DNA of 64,000 bases from Dehalococcoidales bacterium (GTDB taxonomy: Bacteria; Chloroflexota; Dehalococcoidia; Dehalococcoidales; UBA5760), in assembly GCA_028716225.1 (NCBI GenBank), contig JAQUQE010000003.1, positions 108,719 to 172,718 of the forward strand. Reading direction: 5' to 3'. Both the position numbers and the translations under genes were made by a program. Positions 19,049 to 29,164 of the stretch are shown here, in pieces (within the stretch, counting starts at the first letter, position 1; every line of letters begins with the position of its first letter). The notes beneath the pieces are model-generated. The model was given only the letters and a program-made list of their open reading frames with translations, did no database searches and had not been told where the DNA came from.

Positions 19049-19600
19049 ATGATATATCCTGATTCCTTGTCATCTCTCGCTAAAGAGCTTTATATCGGTG
19101 AATACAATAATTACGACGACCAGGCAAAGCAGGCTGTCGTCGATTATGAATGGGTTAAAGATAACGTATTGTATCGCTTTTCATATTGGGGCGTACCGGG
19201 GCAAACATTATTTGAAATGTCCGGGGCTTCCGGAGCCAAGTCAGAGCTGCTCGGGGAATTACTGGAGCTGCACGGCATATCCGCACAATACATGGAAGGA
19301 AGACCCCTACCTAATTTGGTGCCGCTAACTAGAGTACCTACCCTAAACAGTCATTTTTGGGTAGAAGCCAGAATAGGTAAGGATTGGCTCACCTTGGATC
19401 CCACACCTGATAGCGGACTCGTTCACTTGCTTGGCGATACATCTCCGGGAACACACTTAATAGATCCTAAATATATCGGTAGATGGAACAAGATACCGGA
19501 TTATTATAGGAAATGTTTCAATCATCCTCTGCTTATACCGGCTAGATATATCAGTAATCTTAAGCTGGCATACTATAGAAGACAAAGAGCTCCCCGCTAA
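19049..19600 (+). CDS. transglutaminase-like superfamily protein (variant active site)
   Basis: The core ..GASGAKSELLGELLELHGISAQYMEG...SHFWVEARIG.DWLTLDPTPD aligns by eye to the transglutaminase-like Cys-His-Asp core. His and Asp are present, but Ser occupies the Cys position. An AGAGGG SD precedes ATG 19049. Confidence 0.5.
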   Translation: MIYPDSLSSLAKELYIGEYNNYDDQAKQAVVDYEWVKDNVLYRFSYWGVPGQTLFEMSGASGAKSELLGELLELHGISAQYMEGRPLPNLVPLTRVPTLNSHFWVEARIGKDWLTLDPTPDSGLVHLLGDTSPGTHLIDPKYIGRWNKIPDYYRKCFNHPLLIPARYISNLKLAYYRRQRAPR

Positions 19601-19795
19601 ACGCTGCTACAGGCTGTTTTGTCACACTTGCTTTGTACAAAAGTCCTCCTGGTATGCCTCAATTGAGTATCAAATAAAACGAAATGATGTCCGGTATCGG
19701 ATACTCTCCGGCGAGTTGAACTGCTCCTGAAACCATTGTATTCTTACTAAGAAAGAGCCGCCCAACTATAAGGAATTACTGGATTAGGTACAAGT

Positions 19796-20869
19796 ATGAA
19801 AGTAGTAATTGTCGGTGCCGGCCCCGCCGGACTGATTACCGCCTTAAATCTTCTCCAGCGTGGCATAAGGCCGCTGGTCCTGGAGAAGGGCGTCGAGGTA
19901 AAGTCGAAAGCCTGTTCGGAAGGCTGCAGCCTCCAGTCGCTGCAGCAGATACCATTTAGATCTGAACCCTATATATCAAGAGTGCTGCAAGGCGCCAAAC
20001 TGGTCTTTCCCGGCGATTACGTAAGCTTCGTACCTAAAGAGTGTGCCGTCCTGCATAGAACTGATTGGCTCAGGGGAATGGCGGAAGACATCAGGCTGAA
20101 AGGCGGCGAGATTAAGCTGGACTCGGAAGTCATAGATATAGATGAGCACGGTCTCAGTTTAGGGAACGGAGAATATATTGCTTACCGTGTTCTGATCGGA
20201 GCTGATGGTCCTGACTCCCTCGTCGCCAGGCATCTGGGTGTGAAGCACAAACTGGTTGCAGCATCACAATACCAGCTGGCGCTTGATACCTCAGGCATGG
20301 ATTACATCGAATTTCACTTTGATAAGAGATTCGGCTACGGTTATCCCTGGATATTCCCCAAGGTTGGCGTGGCTAATGTGGGGGTAGAAGGAGACTTTGA
20401 CACGCTCGACTCCTTCCTGAGGTACCGGGGTTTGGATAAGCAGACTGTAGTCAAAAAGGAATCCGGATTTATTCCCGGTTCGGGAATCGGGAAATTGGTC
20501 CGGCAAAACATCGCCTTAATCGGCGATGCGGCGTCTATGCCTAATCCTACCTCGCTGGGCGGACTGACTCCCATCATCTGCGCCAGCCAGATATTGGTCA
20601 GAAACATCGATAACCTGGCAGCGTATGAAGCTGAGGTTAAGAATCACCCGATGGCCAATCCCGTACTGCTGAAGCCCAGGCAGACCCTGATGAGTTTCAG
20701 TAGTCAAGACCTGGCCAACATCGGGAAGTTCCTGGCCGGGTTCGAGTATGGAGTGAAGCCCCACCCCCAGTTAATAAAAATCGCCAAGTACCCTTCTTTA
20801 TTAATGAAGCTTCACAAGTTAAGGACGATTTACCGGGCTGGAATCATTACCGAAGACTACGGTTGGTGA
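19796..20869 (+). CDS. FAD-dependent oxidoreductase, geranylgeranyl reductase family
   Basis: MKVVIVGAGPAGL...LEKG Rossmann motif, LIGADGPDS and IGDAA motifs. 357 aa. Confidence 0.75.
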   Translation: MKVVIVGAGPAGLITALNLLQRGIRPLVLEKGVEVKSKACSEGCSLQSLQQIPFRSEPYISRVLQGAKLVFPGDYVSFVPKECAVLHRTDWLRGMAEDIRLKGGEIKLDSEVIDIDEHGLSLGNGEYIAYRVLIGADGPDSLVARHLGVKHKLVAASQYQLALDTSGMDYIEFHFDKRFGYGYPWIFPKVGVANVGVEGDFDTLDSFLRYRGLDKQTVVKKESGFIPGSGIGKLVRQNIALIGDAASMPNPTSLGGLTPIICASQILVRNIDNLAAYEAEVKNHPMANPVLLKPRQTLMSFSSQDLANIGKFLAGFEYGVKPHPQLIKIAKYPSLLMKLHKLRTIYRAGIITEDYGW

Positions 20870-20958
20870 AGCAAGACTCACCACAGCTACGCAGCCAATG
20901 ATTACGAGCCCAGTGGCATCCCGGATGAGAAGACAGGAGTTCTGTCTATTGTACAGTA

Positions 20959-21035
20959 TGGTGGGCCATCCTGGGATCGAACCAGGGACCTCAGTCTTAT
21001 CAGGACTGCGCTCTAGCCTGCTGAGCTAATGGCCC
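20959..21035 (-). tRNA. tRNA-Ile (anticodon GAU), CCA encoded
   Basis: Folded by hand. Acceptor GGGCCAT/ATGGCCC, D stem GCTC/GAGC, anticodon stem CAGTC/GACTG with loop CTGATAA, T stem CCTGG/CCAGG with loop TTCGATC, discriminator A, then CCA. Total 77 nt. Confidence 0.95.
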
Positions 21036-21167
21036 GGGCCATTCTCGGTTCATATCCTGCTTTGAAAAAGAAACCTTAACCTCTGGATAGCGGAAGGAAA
21101 GCGACCTACTCTGACTAATCAGAGATCGACCTAGAAGATAACAGACTTAGCGCCTGTTTTCTCCCTA

Positions 21168-22670
<1,503 letters not shown>

Positions 22671-22738
22671 AAAAAATTGACATAGTTTGAACCTTCCTTC
22701 CGCTATCCAGTTGTTAAGGTGCTATACTGACGCTTAAA

Positions 22739-22767
22739 ATGCTACCATAGTCCCAATATTTTGTCAA
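22739..22767 (-). promoter_or_regulatory. candidate rRNA promoter
   Basis: Minus strand TTGACA (22762-22767), 17-nt spacer, TAGCAT (22739-22744). Lies about 70 nt upstream of mature 16S and upstream of the leader half of the processing stem. Confidence 0.5.
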
Positions 22768-22898
22768 ACAAAACCTGCCGGGCCGCATCACCGGTAACAA
22801 TTGCCCGTTTCTTTAACGGAAGGATTGATTTATCAAAATGAAGTGATGTATATTAAACGTAAAATTAGGGAAGGAGCCAATATTTAAGGAGGTGCCCA

Positions 22899-23153
22899 AT
22901 GCCTGAGATAGTAATCGGGAAGGTGACCGAGTTCTTCGCCCGCCCGGTAGTGGCGGGGATTGAGCTAAATGCACCCCTGAAGGTGGGGGACAGAGTGCAT
23001 ATCAAGGGGCATACCACTGACCTGGAGTTTGCTGTCGGTTCAATGCAGGTTGACAATGTGAACGTCGACCAAGCTAAGGCAGGAGACAATATCGGGATTA
23101 AGGTTAGCGACCGGGTCAGAAGAGGAGACATAGCATACAAGATTACCGACTAG
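22899..23153 (+). CDS. small EF-Tu-domain-2-like beta-barrel protein
   Basis: 84 aa. VIGKVTEFFARPVVAGIEL...LKVGDRVHIKG...AKAGDNIGIKV resembles the translation-factor domain II barrel. AAGGAGG SD. Confidence 0.5.
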   Translation: MPEIVIGKVTEFFARPVVAGIELNAPLKVGDRVHIKGHTTDLEFAVGSMQVDNVNVDQAKAGDNIGIKVSDRVRRGDIAYKITD

Positions 23154-23232
23154 AGGTATCCCATTATCTCCGGTAACCGGACCCGGCGCGTCAGCCGCCA
23201 GTAATTAACATAATATGCCCTGCTCCGGGCAG

Positions 23233-23700
23233 CTAGCCAAGGTTTTTGAGCAGGTTGGCCATCTCGATGGCGTGTTCCGCTGCTTCCGCCCCTTTATTCC
23301 CCATCTTGGTGCCGGCGCGCTCGATAGCCTGCTCGATGGTATCAGCTGTAACCACGCCGAAGATAACCGGCAGCCCTGTATCCAGGCCGACCTTGGCCAC
23401 GCCCTTGCTTACCTCGGCGGCAATATAATCGAAGTGAGGCGTGCCTCCGCGAATAACGGCACCGAGACAGATAACGGCATCGTATTGTTTTGACTGGGCC
23501 AGCTTCTTAGCTGCCAGCGGAATTTCAAAAGAGCCCGGTACCCAGGCAACATCAATATCCGTCTCGGCGACACCATGGCGAATCAGGGCATCCTTTGCTC
23601 CATCCAGCAGCTTTCTGGTGATAAAATCGTTAAACCGGGAGATAACCAGACCAAATCTGAGCTTCTCCCCCAGCAGCACCCCCTCGAATTGCTTGCTCAT
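23233..23700 (-). CDS. ribH: 6,7-dimethyl-8-ribityllumazine synthase
   Basis: [23 protein letters not shown] and [13 protein letters not shown] motifs. Confidence 0.93.
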   Translation of the reverse strand: MSKQFEGVLLGEKLRFGLVISRFNDFITRKLLDGAKDALIRHGVAETDIDVAWVPGSFEIPLAAKKLAQSKQYDAVICLGAVIRGGTPHFDYIAAEVSKGVAKVGLDTGLPVIFGVVTADTIEQAIERAGTKMGNKGAEAAEHAIEMANLLKNLG

Positions 23701-23767
23701 TACCTCCTCCTTTTAAGAGATTATTTTAAGCACGTTTCTAATAAGGCGGACCTGCTACCCCGCCTGG

Positions 23768-24979
23768 CTATTGGACACACTCTATACCGAGCTTATGGCC
23801 CATTTTTTTCTGTTTCGTTTCCAGATACTGTCGGTTATGCGGATTAGGTAGGGTAATAATGGGCACTGTCTCAACAACCTGGAGGCCGTAACCTTCCAGG
23901 CCGATCACCTTCTTGGGATTATTGGTCAGCAGTCGGATTCGGTGCAGACCTAAGTCCGCCAGTATCTGAGCGCCGATGCCGTAATCCCGCAGGTCCGGGG
24001 CAAAGCCCAGAGATAGATTGGCCTCTACCGTATCCAGCCCTTCATCCTGCAGGGCGTAGGCGCGCAGCTTATTGTGGAAGCCGATTCCCCGTCCCTCCTG
24101 CCGCATATAGAGGAAAACACCCCTCCCCTCTTCGGCAATGGCCCGCATTGCCAGCTCGACCTGCTCGCCGCAATCACAGCGGAGGCTGCCGAGTACATCA
24201 CCGGTCAGGCATTCGCTGTGGGCTCTTACCAGTACCGGCTCTTCGGAGGATAGATCACCCATCACCAGAGCCACATGCTCGGCAGGGTCGATATCACTCT
24301 TGTAGGCGATGGCGGTAAACCTGCCGTACTTGGTCGGCAAGCTTGCCTCAGCGACCCGGTGTACTAATTTCTCATGACGGCGGCGATAGTTAATGAGGTC
24401 GGCAATGCTGACAATCTTAATGCCGAACTTCTCTGCGATTGCCTCAAGCTGCGGCAGCCGTGCCATGGATCCGTCTTCGTTCAGGATTTCACAGATGACT
24501 CCGGCTGGATAGAGACCGGCCAGTCTGGCCAGGTCGACGATAGCCTCAGTATGTCCCACCCGCACCAGTACGCCACCGTCTCTGGCCCGCAGAGGAAACA
24601 TATGTCCCGGCCGGGACAGGTCATTAGCGGTAGTAGACGGGTCGATCATTGCCTTCACCGTTTCCGCTCTGTCCGCTGCCGAAATGCCGGTGCTTACTCT
24701 GTGTTTTGCCTCCACGGATACGGTAAAGGCGGTAGAGAACTTTGAGGTATTATCACTGACCATCAGGGGGAGCTTCAGTTCATCCAGCCGCTCGCCCGTC
24801 ATCGGCAGACAGATCAGTCCCCGGGCATGCTTGCTCATAAAGTTTATCGCTTCGACGCTGACCTTTTCGGCAGCTATCGCCAGGTCGCCCTCGTTCTCTC
24901 TGTCTTCGTCATCGACGATAATAATAAACCTGCCTGCCTGGATATCTTCAATAGCTTCAGAAATAGTCGCTAGTCCCAT
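23768..24979 (-). CDS. ribBA: bifunctional 3,4-dihydroxy-2-butanone-4-phosphate synthase / GTP cyclohydrolase II
   Basis: DHBP synthase motifs ([16 protein letters not shown]) followed by the GCH-II Zn motif ([18 protein letters not shown]) and [10 protein letters not shown]. Confidence 0.93.
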   Translation of the reverse strand: MGLATISEAIEDIQAGRFIIIVDDEDRENEGDLAIAAEKVSVEAINFMSKHARGLICLPMTGERLDELKLPLMVSDNTSKFSTAFTVSVEAKHRVSTGISAADRAETVKAMIDPSTTANDLSRPGHMFPLRARDGGVLVRVGHTEAIVDLARLAGLYPAGVICEILNEDGSMARLPQLEAIAEKFGIKIVSIADLINYRRRHEKLVHRVAEASLPTKYGRFTAIAYKSDIDPAEHVALVMGDLSSEEPVLVRAHSECLTGDVLGSLRCDCGEQVELAMRAIAEEGRGVFLYMRQEGRGIGFHNKLRAYALQDEGLDTVEANLSLGFAPDLRDYGIGAQILADLGLHRIRLLTNNPKKVIGLEGYGLQVVETVPIITLPNPHNRQYLETKQKKMGHKLGIECVQ

Positions 24980-25021
24980 CTTTTCCCCTCTTGGTATTAC
25001 CCTTATTCAAAGCAGCCCTAA

Positions 25022-25651
25022 TCAACCTGAAGAGAAGCCGTGCTCCTTGAGAAACTCCGCTGTTATACCCGGGCGGTATGTCTGGCTTAACCGCTCCACG
25101 TATTTCGCAATGATATCTACCTCCAGATTGACCGGGTCGCCCACCCGTTTACTACCCAGGGTGGTATTTTCACGGGTATAACCAACTAGAGATACCGTAA
25201 AAGAGCCGGCATCTCTATCCATTACCGTCAGACTGACTCCGTCGACGGCAATGAAGCCCTTGTTCACTATATAATGCATAATTTCGGGCCGGGTTTCAAA
25301 TCCCATTATTGTGGCCTCCCCGTCCCGCATCACCGAGGCCACTCTTGCCGTGTTATCGATATGCCCCTGTACCAGGTGTCCACCCAGCGGCTTCCCCAGG
25401 GTTAGCGGCCGCTCCAGATTAAGCTTACTCCCGACGCCGAGCTGTCCGAGATTAGTCCGCTCTATTGTCTCCGGCATCGTGTCAACAGAAAAGGAATCGG
25501 CGGTAAAACCGGTTACGGTCAGGCATACCCCGTTCACGGCGATGCTCCCGCCTATTTCTATTTCCTTTAGAACCTTGCTGGCGGAGATGGCAAGACCATT
25601 CGGCTCCGCCGACAAAACCCTGCCTATTTCTTCCGTAATTCCGGTAAACAC
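25022..25651 (-). CDS. ribE: riboflavin synthase alpha chain
   Basis: MFTGI.EE.G start and duplicated lumazine-binding repeats (GGSIAVNGVCLTV / GFIAVDGVSLTV). Confidence 0.92.
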   Translation of the reverse strand: MFTGITEEIGRVLSAEPNGLAISASKVLKEIEIGGSIAVNGVCLTVTGFTADSFSVDTMPETIERTNLGQLGVGSKLNLERPLTLGKPLGGHLVQGHIDNTARVASVMRDGEATIMGFETRPEIMHYIVNKGFIAVDGVSLTVMDRDAGSFTVSLVGYTRENTTLGSKRVGDPVNLEVDIIAKYVERLSQTYRPGITAEFLKEHGFSSG

Positions 25652-25684
25652 TCCTACCCCCTTGCTCCGGGTAACGCCATCCGC

Positions 25685-26809
25685 TTAAGAGTCTGCCCGG
25701 CTACTTTTGCCACTGTTTTTTGCGGACACATACCCGCATACCATTAAGTCTTCACCAATCTGTTCCACACTGATTTCATCCAATCTGAGAGCTTCTATTA
25801 ACTTATCGGCTCCCTTGCCGGCAACCGCTGTTCGGGCTTCTCCGCCGCCGATAATGAGAGGAGCGATGAAGGCGATAACCTTATCGACGAGCCCGCCGTC
25901 GAAGAAGGAACCGAGCAGACACCCGCCCCCTTCCACCAGGACGCTGGTAATTTCCCGCTTCCCCAGTGCTTTCAGCAGTTCCCGCAGGTCTACCTGACCG
26001 TTTAGCCGGGGTACTTCCAGTAGCTCGGCACCCGCCCGGGTAAACGCTGCCTGCTCCCTCTTTTTGAGGGATCGGCACAGGGCAAGCACTGTTTGGCCGG
26101 GCTCGGTAAATACGCGGGCACTTAGCGGCGTACGCCCGTTGCTATCCACGATTACCCGCATCGGCTGCTTCTTAGCCGTTCCCCCCTTGCTGCTGCACCG
26201 CACGGTAAGCTGAGGGTCATCAGCCAGCACGGTATTGACCCCGACCATAACGGCATCGTTGGTATAGCGCAGGTAATGGGCCTGTTTCCGGGCCGCCTCT
26301 CCGGTAATCCATCTGGAGTCCCCGCTCCGAGTAGCAATCTTCCCGTCCAGGCTCATGGCAAACTTCGCTGTGACGAACGGTATGCCTTCGGTGATAAATT
26401 TAGTAAATGCTTCGTTAATCCGTCTGGCCTCGGCTTCGTGTTCGCCGGAATATACCTTGATACCCGCCTCTTCCAGCTCCTTTTTGCCCCGTCCCGACAC
26501 CAGGCGGTTGACATCCAGTGTAGCCAGATGTACCTCACGAATACCGGAGGCAATGATCGCCCGGGTACAGGGCGGAGTACGACCGTGGTGACAGCATGGC
26601 TCCAGGGTAACGTACATCACACCGCCGCGGGCCCGTTCGCCGGCCTGCTTCAGGGCGGCTATCTCAGCATGGTCGGAACCCGGCGGCTGCGTATAACCCT
26701 GTCCGATAACTTCGTCATTATTGACTATTATTGCGCCGACCGCAGGGTTGGGACTAACCTGTCCCAGAGCCAATCTAGCCAGGGAGAGCGCCTGCGCCAT
26801 ATAGTCCAT
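25685..26809 (-). CDS. ribD: bifunctional riboflavin biosynthesis deaminase / reductase
   Basis: CMP/dCMP deaminase Zn motif (HAEIAAL...TLEPCCHHGRTPPC) plus a RibD C-terminal reductase domain. Confidence 0.93.
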   Translation of the reverse strand: MDYMAQALSLARLALGQVSPNPAVGAIIVNNDEVIGQGYTQPPGSDHAEIAALKQAGERARGGVMYVTLEPCCHHGRTPPCTRAIIASGIREVHLATLDVNRLVSGRGKKELEEAGIKVYSGEHEAEARRINEAFTKFITEGIPFVTAKFAMSLDGKIATRSGDSRWITGEAARKQAHYLRYTNDAVMVGVNTVLADDPQLTVRCSSKGGTAKKQPMRVIVDSNGRTPLSARVFTEPGQTVLALCRSLKKREQAAFTRAGAELLEVPRLNGQVDLRELLKALGKREITSVLVEGGGCLLGSFFDGGLVDKVIAFIAPLIIGGGEARTAVAGKGADKLIEALRLDEISVEQIGEDLMVCGYVSAKNSGKSSRADS

Positions 26810-26818
26810 AGCAGCTTC

Positions 26819-26848
26819 ATTCTAGCACCGCGTTTCCAAGAAGTGCAA
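26819..26848 (-). promoter_or_regulatory. rib operon promoter with extended -10, implying a leaderless or near-leaderless ribD mRNA
   Basis: Minus strand TTGCAC (26843-26848), 18-nt spacer, TGC-TAGAAT (-10 at 26819-26824). Only 9 nt separate the -10 from the ribD ATG. Confidence 0.5.
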
Positions 26849-26941
26849 ACCACCCCGAAGCAGCCGCTTTTGTTCATACTGGATAGTAGCAATGAGATGG
26901 GTTATAATGAGGGCTGAATCAAGGGGGAACCAGCTAAGCAG

Positions 26942-27481
26942 ATGAAAGCCTATGCCCGCCAGATCCTGGTGGTTGTTCTGATCGCAGTAGGAATATTTTT
27001 CCTTTTGCAGGCCACCGTCCAGAGCTTTGTGGTCGTCGGTTCGAGCATGATGCCCAGCTATGAGGACGGCCAGCGGCTGCTGGTCAACAAGGTTTTCTAC
27101 CGTATCGGTGAGCCTGAAATGGGTGACGCCATCGTCTTCCAGCCGCCGAACAACCAGCGCGTCGACTATATCAAACGTGTCATCGCCGGCCCCGGCGACA
27201 CGGTAGAGATAGAGGGAGGGGCGGTGTACGTCAATGATGTGGCGATAAGTGAACCCTATATCATGGAGTACCCTCGTTACACCATGTCCCGGAAGACAGT
27301 TCCTGAGAATGAGTACTTTGTCCTCGGGGACAACCGCAACAACAGCAACGACTCCCATACCGGCTGGACCGTGCAACGCGAGGCCATCATCGGTAAGGTA
27401 TGGATATCGGTCTGGCCTCCGTCACTGATTCCCGACTACAACCTGGCGGAGCAGCTATCTGCGGCCGAACTCCTTCCCTAG
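26942..27481 (+). CDS. lepB: signal peptidase I
   Basis: N-terminal TM helix, catalytic Ser box (GSSMMPS), a KRVIAGPGD box and GDNRNNSNDS. Confidence 0.92.
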   Translation: MKAYARQILVVVLIAVGIFFLLQATVQSFVVVGSSMMPSYEDGQRLLVNKVFYRIGEPEMGDAIVFQPPNNQRVDYIKRVIAGPGDTVEIEGGAVYVNDVAISEPYIMEYPRYTMSRKTVPENEYFVLGDNRNNSNDSHTGWTVQREAIIGKVWISVWPPSLIPDYNLAEQLSAAELLP

Positions 27482-29155
27482 TTGACCCAGGCTGAGATGA
27501 ATCATGGTCGGTCTCCCGTGAGGGCAGCTATTGGGAACGGCAGCCTGCTCCAGTTGACGCACTATTTCACGCATCTCATCATCGCCTAAGACCTGCCCGG
27601 CCCTCACCGCACTGTGGCAGGCGATGGATATTGCTATCCGCTCTTCCCAATCCGCCTGACCGCGCTCTTTATCCAGTAGTTCCCTTATTGCTGATGCCCA
27701 GTCACGTCCGGCCAGCCCGGCCGGTACTGTCCTGACGAGAAATGTCCCCTCCCCGAACGGCTCGACAGAGAAGCCGAATCGGGCGAGATTTTCGCAGCGG
27801 GTCTTCAGTACTTCCCCCTGCCCGGGGGTAACATCGAACGGGACCGGTTCAAGCAGGGTCTGGGTCTCTACCCTGTGTTGCGACCTCTGGTCGTTGATCT
27901 GCTCGAAAAGGATACGCTCATGAGCGGCATGCTGGTCGATAATATAAAGACCGTCGGGACCCTCGGCGATAATGTAGCTTCTGGATAACTGCCCTATTAC
28001 CCGCAGTGCCGGTAGTGAAGAAGCCGGCGTTCCGGCAGCTTCCGGCGGTGCTTTCGCCGGTCCGGTACCATCAGCAGCTTCCGTCCACAGCATCTGTGCC
28101 GGTGCCGGGGATGCCCGGTAGGGTGTCCTGACCTCCTCGACCTTGGGTACCGGGGTCAGATCGATCAGGGTCTGCCTTACCGTTCTCTGCAGGGTACTGA
28201 AGACGGCCTGTTCATTGCGGAACTTTACCTCGGTCTTGGCCGGGTGAACATTGACGTCCATCTCCCCTGGGGGTAGCGAGATGTTAATGATGGCTACCGG
28301 GTGTTTCCCTACCATCAGGAGGCCGTGGTAGGCCTGTTCTACCGCCCAGGCCAGTGTGCGGTGGCTTATCCAGCGGCGATTGACAAAGAGGCTCAGGTAG
28401 TCACGGCTGGACCGGCTTACTTTTGGCGAACCTGTCATCCCCGTTACCAGAGGCAGGGTATTACCTGATTCGCCCTGCCGGCTCTTAATCTCGAGCATGC
28501 TTCGGGCTATCTCAACTCCATAGACCTGAGCTATGCTGTCTATCAAACGGCCGCTGCCCGGTGTTCTCAGGGTAATCCGGCCGTCAAGCGACAGGGTAAA
28601 ACCGACCTCGGGATAGGCAAGGGCATACCGGCTGACGATATTGGCGATATGACTGTTTTCCGTAGCCGCCGACCTGAGGAATTTCAGTCTTACCGGTATC
28701 CGTCGGAATAGGTTCTCCACGGTAACCGTGGTTCCTGGGGAATGCCCCCGGCTGCCGTATTCGACGACTTTCCCGTCCTGCAAACGGATATAAGCACCCG
28801 CCGGCTCCTCTCCGGCACAGCTGCCAAGCTCTACCTCAGCCGCGGCGGCGATGCTGGGCAGCGCTTCGCCGCGAAAGCCAAGGCTCGAGATGGCATCCAG
28901 GTCTTCCAGGCTGCCTATCTTGCTGGTGGCATGCCTGCCGAAGGCAAGCTCTATCTCCTCGGGCGGTATTCCCGACCCGTTGTCGGTCACCCTGATCCGG
29001 CTTATCCCGCTCCCCTCAACCTCGACCGAGATTCGGGTGGCGCCGGCGTCCAGGGAGTTTTCCACCAGTTCTTTGACCACCGAGGCCGGCCTCTCCACCA
29101 CCTCGCCGGCGGCAATTCGGGATACTATCTGGGGAGCTAAAACCCTGATTGACAT
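27455..29155 (-). CDS. mutL: DNA mismatch repair endonuclease MutL
   Basis: GHKL ATPase N-terminus (IAAGEVVERPASVVKELVENSLDAGA). The C-terminal endonuclease motif DQHAAHERILFE and CPHGRP are present. Confidence 0.93.
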   Translation of the reverse strand: MSIRVLAPQIVSRIAAGEVVERPASVVKELVENSLDAGATRISVEVEGSGISRIRVTDNGSGIPPEEIELAFGRHATSKIGSLEDLDAISSLGFRGEALPSIAAAAEVELGSCAGEEPAGAYIRLQDGKVVEYGSRGHSPGTTVTVENLFRRIPVRLKFLRSAATENSHIANIVSRYALAYPEVGFTLSLDGRITLRTPGSGRLIDSIAQVYGVEIARSMLEIKSRQGESGNTLPLVTGMTGSPKVSRSSRDYLSLFVNRRWISHRTLAWAVEQAYHGLLMVGKHPVAIINISLPPGEMDVNVHPAKTEVKFRNEQAVFSTLQRTVRQTLIDLTPVPKVEEVRTPYRASPAPAQMLWTEAADGTGPAKAPPEAAGTPASSLPALRVIGQLSRSYIIAEGPDGLYIIDQHAAHERILFEQINDQRSQHRVETQTLLEPVPFDVTPGQGEVLKTRCENLARFGFSVEPFGEGTFLVRTVPAGLAGRDWASAIRELLDKERGQADWEERIAISIACHSAVRAGQVLGDDEMREIVRQLEQAAVPNSCPHGRPTMIHLSLGQLGKEFGRR

Positions 29156-29164
29156 CTCGGATTC

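Noticed and set aside
20870-21035. An integrase or other mobility gene expected next to tRNA-Ile if the 13.3-20.9 kb block is an island
   Set aside because: No ORF in the block resembles a tyrosine or serine recombinase, a transposase or a phage protein. The island idea is therefore kept only as a low-confidence inference under findings.
26810-26941. An expected FMN riboswitch upstream of ribD
   Set aside because: I read both strands and the conserved FMN-element core sequences are absent. The region is only 132 nt and is occupied by divergent promoter elements. A covariance-model scan is still needed for certainty.
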